A DNA stretch of 45,891 nt from Eubacteriales bacterium. GTDB lineage: Bacteria > Bacillota > Clostridia > Oscillospirales > CAG-272. The position numbers and the translations under genes were made by a program. The notes under the pieces are model-generated. The model was not told where the DNA came from and did no database searches. It saw nothing but the letters and a program-made list of their open reading frames with translations. The stretch spans positions 1-45,891 of the forward strand of contig JAZOMD010000109.1 of NCBI GenBank assembly GCA_045653745.1, read 5' to 3'. Every line of letters begins with the position of its first letter. The stretch's first letter is position 1. This document shows, in pieces, positions 27,001 to 34,779 of this stretch.

Positions 27001-29788
27001 ATACTGCGGCCTGCTCGCTTCGGCAAACGGTCTCGGCGGCGTTGAGCACGTTGGCGACTACGCCTTTGCGTATACCGACCTCAAGGAAGCCGACCTTACA
27101 GACGCGGTCTACCTCGGTATGCATGCGTTTATGAAGGATAAGGAAAACAAGTGTGCGTTCACCGTCAAGCTCGGAACGAGCCTTGAGAAAATCGGCGATA
27201 ACCCGTTCGTTTGGTGCGTACTCACTCCCTTCAGCACTACCGAAAAGGAAACCTTCAACGGCAAGGAATACGAAAAGACCGTTTATACCTTCAATCTCGG
27301 CGAAAACGTCAGAATAATCGACGGCTCGCTTTACAGAGTTGTTCCCAACGGACTCGAACTTATCTATCACTGTTACATGGGCGGTACCGCAAAGGTTGCC
27401 GACGGTACGGTGAGAATCGGAGCCTTCGCGTTCGTCGGCTCCGAGGTAACGAACGTCATGCTTCCCTACACCGTCGAGGCGATAGGACATAAGGCGTTCT
27501 ACGATTGCCGCAAGCTCAGCCTTGTGAACTTCTCGAGCTACTACGCTCCCATTCTCGAGGAAGAATATGACCTTTACTACTTCTACGAGGGCACAAATAT
27601 GCCCACGCTTCCCGAGTATGACACCGAGCTTGGAATTAACGGTCTCGGAATAATCAAATACTTCATGTGGAACGTAACGAGCGATCCCACAAATGCCTTC
27701 TACGGCGCAAACTTTGTGGATTACGTCGGCAAGGTTGACGACAAGGTCGTTATGGTAAGACCCCGAAACGGCGTCGGCTACGACTCGTTTATCCTCGGTC
27801 AGTACTTTGACGTCGTTCTCGAGGGTGCAAGCGCCGCAGACGACGTAACTCTCGCGGCAATTTCGGCTATAAACAAGATTCCCGCAAATTCAAGCAACAT
27901 CACCCTTGCTCACAAGTCAATCATTGCAGCGGCAAGAGCTGCATACGACAAGGTTGTCAGCGACGAGCAGCGTGCGCTGATTCCGACGGAATTGCTCACA
28001 ATCCTCAAAAACGCAGAGCAGATGATAGAGGACCTTGAATATCTTGCAAACGACGGCGATAAGGACGAGCTCGCTCCGGGCGAAGACGGCGAAAGCGGTG
28101 TCGAAGCAGCTCTCGTAGTGCTTATCGTTATAGTTTCGGTTCTTGCACTGGCTGTTATAGCGCTCGGTGTATTTATCTTCATCTTCGTAAGAAAGCTCAA
28201 GAACGGCGATATCCGCGTTGCAACGAAAGAGGCAAGCTCTTCCAACACTCAGTCCGACGAGGCAATCGCCTACGCAGAAGCCGAAGTGACGGAAAAAGAA
28301 GCTCTTTCATCGCTCGCCTCCGACCAAGATGAGACTGAAGACCCGGGAGCAGAAGATGCTTCAGCGGAACCCTTCAAGGTGGAAGTATTAGACAAGCCCG
28401 TTAACTACGACGACATCACGAAGGGGTTTGAAGAAAAGCCATCTTCCGTACTCAGACGCAAGATAATTCTTATTACCTCTGCGGTTCTGGCTGCGATTGC
28501 AGTTGTCACCGTAGTAGTTGTTGCAATTATCAACGCAAACAAAACCTACTACGATACCTACGACAAAGAAGGCTACACCATAAGCGTCGCCTTTGATTCA
28601 AACGGCGGTACCTTCAAGGGAAGCAAGTCCTCGATAGTCGATCTTTTCAGACCCGAGGACATTGACGCAGACGGTCTTACTCTGCTCGCGCCCGACGACG
28701 TAAGAAGAGATAAGAACAACGTTATGCAGATTACCAATCCCGGCTATTTCCTTGCCGGCTGGTACACCGTCAGAACTCCCATTGACGAAAACAACCCCGA
28801 CGCAGGATATACCTATTCCGGCAAGTGGGACTTTGAGAACAACAAGATCAGAGTAAACACTAACGAAGAATACTCTGCCGATGAGCCCATTCTTACGCTC
28901 TATGCGGCATGGGTTCCTTACTACAATTTCGAAATATACACTACGGACGAGAGCGGAAACAGCATCCTTCTTTCTACTGTATCCGCACTTAACCTCACCA
29001 TTCCCGAATGGCAGGACGGCGACGTAACCCTCGGTATGGATAACTTCCCGACAAGAGACGGCTACACGCTTGAATCGGTTGAGTACATAGATACCAACAT
29101 TATCGAAACCGAGACCGAAAATAAAAAGTTCATTACGGGTAAATGGGACGAGGCAACGGCAACCTCTCTTACTCCCACCATAAGGCTTCACACCGAATGG
29201 AAGGAAGGAAAGACCTTCAGAATTTACTCGGTTAACGACTTCGTTAAGAACGCCGACCTTAACGGCTACTACGAGCTTTACACCGACCTTGATTTCACGG
29301 GCACCGAATGGCCCGCCGCCTTCCTCAACGGCAAATTCAACGGTAAGATATACGGAAATAATCACAAGATTTCGGGCGTTTCGTTTGACAGTGCGACAAG
29401 AAACCGCACCTCGAACGGTCTTTTCTCCTCGTTTGGAGAGGGCGCTTATATCGAGAACCTTGCATTCGAGAATATCGTAGAGACCGTTGACCTTGCAGCA
29501 GCGGAGCTTGCAAACAACCAGACCACAACCGTCGGTCTGCTTGCAGGATCTGCCGACGTGGGCGCAAGCTTCAAGAACGTAAAAATCAGCGGAAGCTTGG
29601 TCTTTGGCGACAAATGTGCCGAGCTCGCAGGAAACGACAGCTTTACCGTTAAAACCGTTATCGGTAGCGGAAGCACCTCGGGTATTACCGTGGTAGAAAT
29701 TACCGTTGTTAAGAAAAACGAAGATAATTCTTCCTTTAATCTCAAAACCGAAGCTGACGGAAGCGTATCAATAGTTTCCGGAAATTAA
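21047..29788 (+). CDS. Giant cell-envelope S8 (subtilisin/C5a-peptidase-like) serine protease with PA, Fn3-like, Ig-like (Big_2) and BspA LRR domains, two TMs, and a C-terminal InlB-B/GLUG-like region
   Basis: Signal peptide; triad VAVLD212TG, H288GTHVAG, GTS609MATP; PA insert KGKIALIRRG..TFEEKA; DFSSWGP..LKPEITAHGG; RKQGAGL; many IGxxAF repeats; TMs at about 28106-28189 and 28463-28531. Confidence 0.93.
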   Translation: MNRRRKLTLIISVVLLLACVFSTMSSALSGVTDGKLGDSPYITELGDKLKVDSSQFYDGTVIHRLPSTVKDTDVLSLIIEIDGDAILSAYDSADTTMSLAEFYNSEAAIAIRENTADEAARLCEKLSEKDIDYALGESYTTIFAGFEITVKASDFVDVCQTLGSGVEVIVGDVYETEETKLVENNVNAFETGIFDTTGFDYDGTGMVVAVLDTGTDYYHTAFSTGNFTAPEEKWGLTFAEVEALVGKTAASGFESNLTASDVYISGKLPYGYDYADKDSDVFPINSQHGTHVAGIIAGKDDKITGVAPNAQIVTMKIFSDVEQTSRTSWILAALEDCVVLGVDVINMSIGTGCGFSRESDKEKISGVYDKIRERGISMIVAASNSFNSTYSSEKNGNLGLTSNPDSATVGSPSTYDGAMSVASIEGAKTSYILFGKRIIYFEESTNRVSEEKHFVEELLGSENKELEIEYVVIPGSGIEADYTGINVKGKIALIRRGTTTFEEKANTAEKMGAAGAIIYNNVSGDIKMNVGETAIPVCSISQNDGEALAENPSGKIKVSYSQAAGPFMSDFSSWGPAPDLSLKPEITAHGGSILSAVPGQDYDRISGTSMATPNITGVTTLLRQYVMANFPESVTSDPVEVNSVINRLMMSTADIIYNKNGNPYSVRKQGAGLANLVNCASTTAYILTYDRAEGSVMDKSKIELGDDPSKTGVYTLVFTVDNFGTSSLSYDVSALVMTEGVSETKTNQGETTVTETAYMLGAATEIVSVIGGEQTGNKISVAAASKATVTLKITLDGESKKYLDESFENGMYVEGFVLLDAEGETVDLNVPYLAFYGDWTKAPMFDLDFYETNKDELDDSIDVLDKTLPDAYATRPIGGISDDYVSYLGSFYYEQKPGSNKISADRKYISLTNQANGVNNLRYVWAGLLRNADRVEITITEDSTGEVVFETVDKDIRKSYGDGGPIRPSNIDVGFSAIDENLKNNAKYTVNLKGYLDYGDGGGDTNSNNTFTFPITVDFEAPTLTDCEFYTEYDKSAKKNRLYAKMAIYDNHYSMALLPGYVGLDTSTGEFRLDNFERYLTPIYSEENSTSYVVYELTDYIDDIKEKSYHKNTFAISVYDYALNISTYEIALPYEYTDLYFEETDITLSPNQTYDLSPIVYPDTEWGELVTYTSTKESVARVVNNKLVATGSGTAVIYATAELKDGSTITRKLNVKVLSKGDAGYKKFDAPVVDSFTLSGYYVNKAFYFLSSDERDIGETGDTMIFSGNNYNLKMFPSESVSIFYDLDAYFPKLTKIVFESSNEAIAKVTEDGTITAVKEGYASITAKVLMDGKSTFYSQTIGIEVKEPYVTSGPALSNYFGNGGVVSIPSTLGITEIGQFAFSNFDYIPKDENDEISEESPEYTKIWYIGDDTIEEVIIPEGVEKIGAYAFANLTKLRKVYLPSTLTTIDYGAFYGCNMLTSVVGIGNVKFINQNAFANCALDGAMSFDSAVAIADYAFANNPLISSVELSASTQSVGAFAFANNTSLASLSIGSDSIKLGQYAFSGCSKLTSVSVNAPVIPAGAFNDCTSLRTVELGRDVAVIGEYAFRNAQLTSFTVKEGNETFFATTAPYLLSADGTEIMLVAPATTSLNVSDTKITSIAAGAFSGNSKITSVTIPSVTRVAGYAFSECTSLAEVNLGKLTLIGDYAFYNTAIKTVPENSADVIGKYAFANTFITSVTISDGTVIGEGAFDQCKALASVTIGDNVEIGKYAFRYNNNRSDYTSSYYTVDGTRIFYYIYKSPLKSLTIGKNANIGEAAFWFASELKSVTLGEGAIIGNYAFYTAASLESIDLSKALSIGDGAFSGDILYEYLDQDLSTTAVDENGYDLYRYYAPKFVSVDLSSAEKIGKDAFAYCRELKTVTLGDAITEIPEGAFRYCSSLTSINLSKVVKIADYAFNRSAITSLTLDSAVEIGKFAFLESAALTSVTFSESIEKIDEGAFAYCGLLASANGLGGVEHVGDYAFAYTDLKEADLTDAVYLGMHAFMKDKENKCAFTVKLGTSLEKIGDNPFVWCVLTPFSTTEKETFNGKEYEKTVYTFNLGENVRIIDGSLYRVVPNGLELIYHCYMGGTAKVADGTVRIGAFAFVGSEVTNVMLPYTVEAIGHKAFYDCRKLSLVNFSSYYAPILEEEYDLYYFYEGTNMPTLPEYDTELGINGLGIIKYFMWNVTSDPTNAFYGANFVDYVGKVDDKVVMVRPRNGVGYDSFILGQYFDVVLEGASAADDVTLAAISAINKIPANSSNITLAHKSIIAAARAAYDKVVSDEQRALIPTELLTILKNAEQMIEDLEYLANDGDKDELAPGEDGESGVEAALVVLIVIVSVLALAVIALGVFIFIFVRKLKNGDIRVATKEASSSNTQSDEAIAYAEAEVTEKEALSSLASDQDETEDPGAEDASAEPFKVEVLDKPVNYDDITKGFEEKPSSVLRRKIILITSAVLAAIAVVTVVVVAIINANKTYYDTYDKEGYTISVAFDSNGGTFKGSKSSIVDLFRPEDIDADGLTLLAPDDVRRDKNNVMQITNPGYFLAGWYTVRTPIDENNPDAGYTYSGKWDFENNKIRVNTNEEYSADEPILTLYAAWVPYYNFEIYTTDESGNSILLSTVSALNLTIPEWQDGDVTLGMDNFPTRDGYTLESVEYIDTNIIETETENKKFITGKWDEATATSLTPTIRLHTEWKEGKTFRIYSVNDFVKNADLNGYYELYTDLDFTGTEWPAAFLNGKFNGKIYGNNHKISGVSFDSATRNRTSNGLFSSFGEGAYIENLAFENIVETVDLAAAELANNQTTTVGLLAGSADVGASFKNVKISGSLVFGDKCAELAGNDSFTVKTVIGSGSTSGITVVEITVVKKNEDNSSFNLKTEADGSVSIVSGN
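25136..27540 (+). repeat. BspA/TpLRR (LRR_5) repeat array inside the protease
   Basis: Tens of LxxVxL/IxxxxxxIGxxAFxxC units. Confidence 0.9.
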
Positions 29789-29820
29789 ATTAATCGTATT
29801 TCGAAGAAAGAAGACAGAAA

Positions 29821-32658
29821 ATGAAAAACAAAATAATTTCATTGCTGCTGTGTATTGTAATGCTGCTTGGTATTACCTCGGTTCTTTCCGGTTGTAGCGG
29901 TAGTGGAAATCAGGCGTTCGTCATAATGACCGACAACCTTGACGGTCTTTTTAACCCGTTCTATTCAACGAGTGCATCTGACGGATCGATAGTTTCCATG
30001 ACACAGGTAGGTATGCTGACCTCGGGAATCGACGAAAACGGTAACGCAGTAGTGGCATTCGGCCCCGGCGAATCGGTAGTCACACTCGATTACGCATCAA
30101 GCTACGACAGCACAGAGCAAAGCGAAAATCCCAACAAAACGGGAGTTACAACCTATACGTTTGTAATAAAAAACGGACTTAAGTATTCGGACGGAGAGGC
30201 TCTCACCATCGAGGACGTCCTGTTCAATCTGTACGTTTATCTCGACCCTGTTTACACAGGCTCGTCCACCATGTACTCGACAGACATTTTAGGTCTGTCG
30301 CAGTACAGGACTCAGCAAAATCTTTCGGGCGGCTCGAGCGGAGATGAATGGCTCACCTCTGCTGCGCGAAACCTCGCCTCAAACCGTATAAACGAGCTTA
30401 TCAACCTCTTCAAGGAAAAGGGCGTAACCTCGTCCGGAAATTATTCCATAAGCTATGCGGATATGAAAGAGGCAATCCTCGCTCACAACGTTTCCTCGGG
30501 ATATAAGGAATCCATCTCCAACGACCCCGAATCGGTAGACTCGGAGAACCTTCTTGCCGACTACGAGCTCGCCCTCAAGTATTTTAAGGAAGAGCTTGAA
30601 AACGACTATAAGAGCGCTCAGGAAGCGTTCACCGAGGTTCCCTATAAGAATCACGATGAGTTCAAGGATCCCATCTTTGCATTTATGTGCTACGAGGGAC
30701 TTGTTACCGTTGAGTATGAGAAGGACCCTGTAACCAACAAGGATATAAAAACTCAGATAAAGAAGCTCACTCCTATGTATAACGTCTCCACCATAAAGAC
30801 TATGAAGGACGCTATCGACTACGTTTACAACCGTAAGATAAGCACCGAGCTTGACGTTATTCTCCGCTACTGGGCAACTGCTCAGAAGCTCGAAACCGAG
30901 TTCCTTGCGAAGGCAAAAGAGGTTCTTCTGAAGAAAAATACTCTTTCCGGCGAGCTTGCATATCCCAATATTTCCGGTATCGTTTCTCTCGGTCATACAA
31001 CCGACGTTGAATCGATTGAGGTAAACGGAACGACCTACACGGTTGCGCACGAGCACAACGAAAACGGAACGCCGAAGAACCCCGGCGAATACGACGTTCT
31101 TCAAATCAAGATAAACGGCATAGACCCTAAAGCCGTGTGGAACTTCTCGTTTGCGGTTGCACCCCAGCACTACTATGCGGAGGGCTACACCGTAGACATC
31201 AAGGAGAACAAATTCGGAGTTGATTACGGTAGCTTCGACTTTATGACCGACACTATTCAGTCGCAGAGAAACGTGTCCGTTCCTATGGGAGCCGGCGCAT
31301 ATATGGCGACCAATAACAGGAACGAGGACGAGGTTACCGGTACCGAATTCTTCAGCAGTAACGTCGTTTACTTCAAGGCTAACCCCTACTTTGAGGAAAG
31401 TATGGAAGCAACCCTTCCCGTGGGCTCTGCCGTAGACTACAAGGTCAACATTGAAAAGGTTCGTTACCAGATAGTTCCCACCAACGACGCACTTACTATG
31501 CTTCAGTCGGGTACGGTACACTACGTAACGCCTCAGCTGACGAAGGAAAACGCCGCTATTCTCGACTCTATCAAGTCTAAGGGTTACGAAAAGATTGCGG
31601 TAGACCAGCTCGGATACGGTTATATCGGTATCAACGCCGGAGAAATCCCGAACATCTACCTTCGCCGCGCGATTATGGCTGCTATGGATACGAGCCTTGC
31701 GCTCCAGTATTACGACGCAGGTACGGCAGAGCAGATTTTCTGGCCTATGTCTACCGTAAGCTGGGCGTATCCCAAGGACGAGAGCGGCAATAACAAGCAG
31801 ACCAACGGTCACGCCTATCCGTATATCCGATTTGACGAGGCTAAGGCGCTCGAGAACATCAGGTCGCTTATGACTCAGGCGTATGACCACGCCAACTATT
31901 CCGACTCCGACCTCAAGGTTACATTTACCATCGCGGGCTCGGACCTTACCGACCACCCGACCTACCAGGTATTCCAGACCGCCGCTAAGCTTCTTAACCA
32001 ATGCGGCTGGAGCGTTGAGGTTATCGCCGATACTCAGGCGCTGACCAAGCTTTCCACCGGCTCGCTCGCGGTATGGGCTGCTGCTTGGGGTACCACCGTT
32101 GACCCCGATATGTATCAGGTATATCACAAAAACTCCAACGCATCGAGCGTTAAGGCGTGGGGATACAATTATATTCTTGCAAACGAGAGCGCGTATTGGA
32201 TGGAAATGGATATACTCAACAAGATGAGCGAAATCATTGACAATGCGCGTGAGACCGACGTTCAGGCAGACCGTACCGCTCTTTACGAGGAGGCTATGGG
32301 CTACGTTCTGGACCTTGCAATCGAGCTTCCCGTATATCAGAGAAAGCAGCTCTACGCCTACAATGCAAACGTCGTTGATTCGACCTCGTTCCCCGAAGAG
32401 ATAAACCCCTATTCCTCACCCCTTGACAGAATCTGGGAGATAAAGCTCAACGAGGGAGCAGCCACCGGCGGCTCGTCCTCTTCAGGACTTGTTATCGGAA
32501 TCATTCTTGGTGTAACGGCTCTTGCCGCTGCGGCAGTCGCAGGTACTGTTATCTACAAGAAAAAGAGAAGAATAGGATACGTTATTCCCGTCGAGCAGAT
32601 CGATGCGGAGGACCTCGACGCATTCTACAAATTCTACAAATTCAAAAAAAGAAAGTGA
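29821..32658 (+). CDS. oppA: Oligopeptide ABC transporter substrate-binding protein (family 5), enlarged, with lipobox and C-terminal TM
   Basis: Lipobox LSGC; LDGLFNPFY; YTFVIKNGLKYSDGEALTIEDVLF; MGAGAY; YGYIGINA..LRRAIMAAMD; LPVYQR. Confidence 0.92.
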   Translation: MKNKIISLLLCIVMLLGITSVLSGCSGSGNQAFVIMTDNLDGLFNPFYSTSASDGSIVSMTQVGMLTSGIDENGNAVVAFGPGESVVTLDYASSYDSTEQSENPNKTGVTTYTFVIKNGLKYSDGEALTIEDVLFNLYVYLDPVYTGSSTMYSTDILGLSQYRTQQNLSGGSSGDEWLTSAARNLASNRINELINLFKEKGVTSSGNYSISYADMKEAILAHNVSSGYKESISNDPESVDSENLLADYELALKYFKEELENDYKSAQEAFTEVPYKNHDEFKDPIFAFMCYEGLVTVEYEKDPVTNKDIKTQIKKLTPMYNVSTIKTMKDAIDYVYNRKISTELDVILRYWATAQKLETEFLAKAKEVLLKKNTLSGELAYPNISGIVSLGHTTDVESIEVNGTTYTVAHEHNENGTPKNPGEYDVLQIKINGIDPKAVWNFSFAVAPQHYYAEGYTVDIKENKFGVDYGSFDFMTDTIQSQRNVSVPMGAGAYMATNNRNEDEVTGTEFFSSNVVYFKANPYFEESMEATLPVGSAVDYKVNIEKVRYQIVPTNDALTMLQSGTVHYVTPQLTKENAAILDSIKSKGYEKIAVDQLGYGYIGINAGEIPNIYLRRAIMAAMDTSLALQYYDAGTAEQIFWPMSTVSWAYPKDESGNNKQTNGHAYPYIRFDEAKALENIRSLMTQAYDHANYSDSDLKVTFTIAGSDLTDHPTYQVFQTAAKLLNQCGWSVEVIADTQALTKLSTGSLAVWAAAWGTTVDPDMYQVYHKNSNASSVKAWGYNYILANESAYWMEMDILNKMSEIIDNARETDVQADRTALYEEAMGYVLDLAIELPVYQRKQLYAYNANVVDSTSFPEEINPYSSPLDRIWEIKLNEGAATGGSSSSGLVIGIILGVTALAAAAVAGTVIYKKKRRIGYVIPVEQIDAEDLDAFYKFYKFKKRK

Positions 32659-32670
32659 TAGGAGGACACT

Positions 32671-33651
32671 ATGTTAAAGTATATAATTAAAAGACTTTTA
32701 CTTTCTATACTCATACTTCTCGGTGTTTCTCTTATCATCTACGTTCTCATCAGATGTATGCCCGTTGACTTCGTTACGCAGAAGCTCTCGTCCATAACGA
32801 CCACGGGTGCTGAAACATCGCAGGAATTGATTGACGCTATGCTGAAAACCTACGGTCTTGACACTAACATTTTCGAGGGATACATATCCTGGCTCGGAAA
32901 GCTTCTGAGATTTGATTTCGGCGATAGCTTCAAGTACGGCATTCCCGTTATATCGGTAATCAAGGAGCATATGGGCGTTTCCTTCGCCGTAGCGCTTATA
33001 GCAACGTTTTTCGAATTTATGATTGCTATTCCGCTCGGAATTACCGCGGCAACTCATCAGTATTCAATACGCGACTACGTTGTAACCGTCATCGTTATGA
33101 TCGGTATTTCACTGCCCTCGTTCTTCTTCGGACAGCTGCTCAAAAACATCTTTGCGATTCAGCTCGAATGGTTCCCTGCCTCGGGTCTTATCGACGCTTC
33201 TAAGGATTTGTCCGGATTCCCACTTCTTCTTGACCAGATGTGGCACTTGTTCATTCCCATACTGACCGTAGTTATACTTAGTATAGGCGGACGAATGAGA
33301 ATGACCAGAACGAATATGCTCGAGGTTCTCAACTCGGATTATATCCGTACCGCAAGAGCTAAGGGCCTTAAGGAAAAGGTAGTTATCTACAAGCACGCAT
33401 TCAGAAATACGATGATTCCTCTCGTCACCTCGCTTGCAGGACTTCTCCCCGGTCTTTTCTCGGGTGCTATTATCACTGAGCAGGTGTTCGGTCTTCCCGG
33501 TATCGGTAACAAGGCCTTTGAGGCAATGCTCGTCGCAGACATTCCCTTCATAATGGGATATAATATGTTCTTGGCTTTGCTTAGCGTTCTCGGTGTTCTT
33601 CTTGCCGACCTTATGTACGCTCTGGTTGACCCAAGAGTTAAGCTTGAGTAA
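32671..33651 (+). CDS. oppB: Oligopeptide ABC transporter permease
   Basis: MLKYIIKRLL; DFGDS; TRTNMLEVLNSDYIRTARAKGL; HAFRN; DPRVK. Confidence 0.95.
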   Translation: MLKYIIKRLLLSILILLGVSLIIYVLIRCMPVDFVTQKLSSITTTGAETSQELIDAMLKTYGLDTNIFEGYISWLGKLLRFDFGDSFKYGIPVISVIKEHMGVSFAVALIATFFEFMIAIPLGITAATHQYSIRDYVVTVIVMIGISLPSFFFGQLLKNIFAIQLEWFPASGLIDASKDLSGFPLLLDQMWHLFIPILTVVILSIGGRMRMTRTNMLEVLNSDYIRTARAKGLKEKVVIYKHAFRNTMIPLVTSLAGLLPGLFSGAIITEQVFGLPGIGNKAFEAMLVADIPFIMGYNMFLALLSVLGVLLADLMYALVDPRVKLE

Positions 33652-33666
33652 GGAGGTGCGGATACG

Positions 33667-34776
33667 ATGGAAAATAACAATTTCAATATTGAAAAAGACG
33701 AAAACGAAATAGTCGTAAATTCTATCAATGAAGAAAACGAAGCTCTCGGAAAATCCGAGGCAGAAGAAGCAACGCACGAGCAAACGCTCAAGCTGATGTC
33801 TCCTATGCAGATGGTTATCCGCCGCTTCTTCCGTTCAAAGCTCAGTATAATCGGTCTTGTAATGGTCGTATCGCTCTTCTTATTCTGCTGGGCAGGTCCC
33901 CTGTTTTATCAGGTATCTCCCACAGAGATAGATAAGGACGGTAAAACCGAATACACGACGAAATGGGTCGAATACGAAGACGAAAACGGCAATATAAAGG
34001 GATTTTATCAGGTTATAGAGACGCAGTTAACCGACAATATGCTTTCCAAGCCCTCAACGAAGCACCCTCTCGGCACGGATAAAACGGGTAAGGACGTCCT
34101 CGCAAGACTGATGAACGGCGGTAAAATTTCGCTTACCATCAGCTTTATGGCGGTATTTATAGTTACGTTTTTCGGAATCATTTTCGGCGGTATCGCGGGT
34201 TATTTCGGCGGCGTTGTCGATAACGTAATAATGAGAATCTGCGATATACTTATGTGTCTGCCGGGATTCCCTATCCTGCTTATCGTCGGCACTATTATCG
34301 ACGGCTTACGAGAGAGCGGTATGGGTGTGTTCGACTATCAGTATAAGATATACTGGCTGATGGGATTCCTAACGCTTATTTCCTGGTCGGGAACGGCGCG
34401 TCTTGTACGCGGTCAGATTCTATCTCTGCGCGAGCAGGAATATATGGTTGCGGCAGAGGCTATGGGATATTCCACCGGAAGAAAGATATTCAAGCACCTC
34501 GTTCCCAACGTTATGCCCCAGCTTATCGTTTCTATGACCTTAAGCCTTGGCAGCATGATTCTTTACGAGGCATCGCTTTCATACCTTGGACTCGGTGCTC
34601 CCGAGCAGTACGCAGCCTGGGGTACTATGATTAATGCAGCAAAAGACCCCGATATTCTTTCCAACTATTTCAACGTATGGGGCCCTCCCGGAATTTGTAT
34701 TATCATCGCCGTTCTCGGCTTCAACTTTGTAGGTGACGGTCTGCGCGATGCACTTGACCCGAAGATGAGGAGATAA
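33667..34776 (+). CDS. oppC: Oligopeptide ABC transporter permease
   Basis: HPLGTDKTGKDVLARL; RGQILSLREQEYMVAAEAMG; NFVGDGLRDALDP. Confidence 0.95.
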   Translation: MENNNFNIEKDENEIVVNSINEENEALGKSEAEEATHEQTLKLMSPMQMVIRRFFRSKLSIIGLVMVVSLFLFCWAGPLFYQVSPTEIDKDGKTEYTTKWVEYEDENGNIKGFYQVIETQLTDNMLSKPSTKHPLGTDKTGKDVLARLMNGGKISLTISFMAVFIVTFFGIIFGGIAGYFGGVVDNVIMRICDILMCLPGFPILLIVGTIIDGLRESGMGVFDYQYKIYWLMGFLTLISWSGTARLVRGQILSLREQEYMVAAEAMGYSTGRKIFKHLVPNVMPQLIVSMTLSLGSMILYEASLSYLGLGAPEQYAAWGTMINAAKDPDILSNYFNVWGPPGICIIIAVLGFNFVGDGLRDALDPKMRR

Positions 34777-34779
34777 ACT

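Noticed and set aside
23951-27490. 1179-aa minus-strand ORF and other long antisense ORFs (21161-22813, 18064-19704, 30379-32127, 34885-36390, 10145-11479)
   Set aside because: They lie opposite well-supported genes and have no motifs. Biased codon usage that avoids TTA/CTA/TCA leaves the antisense frame open.
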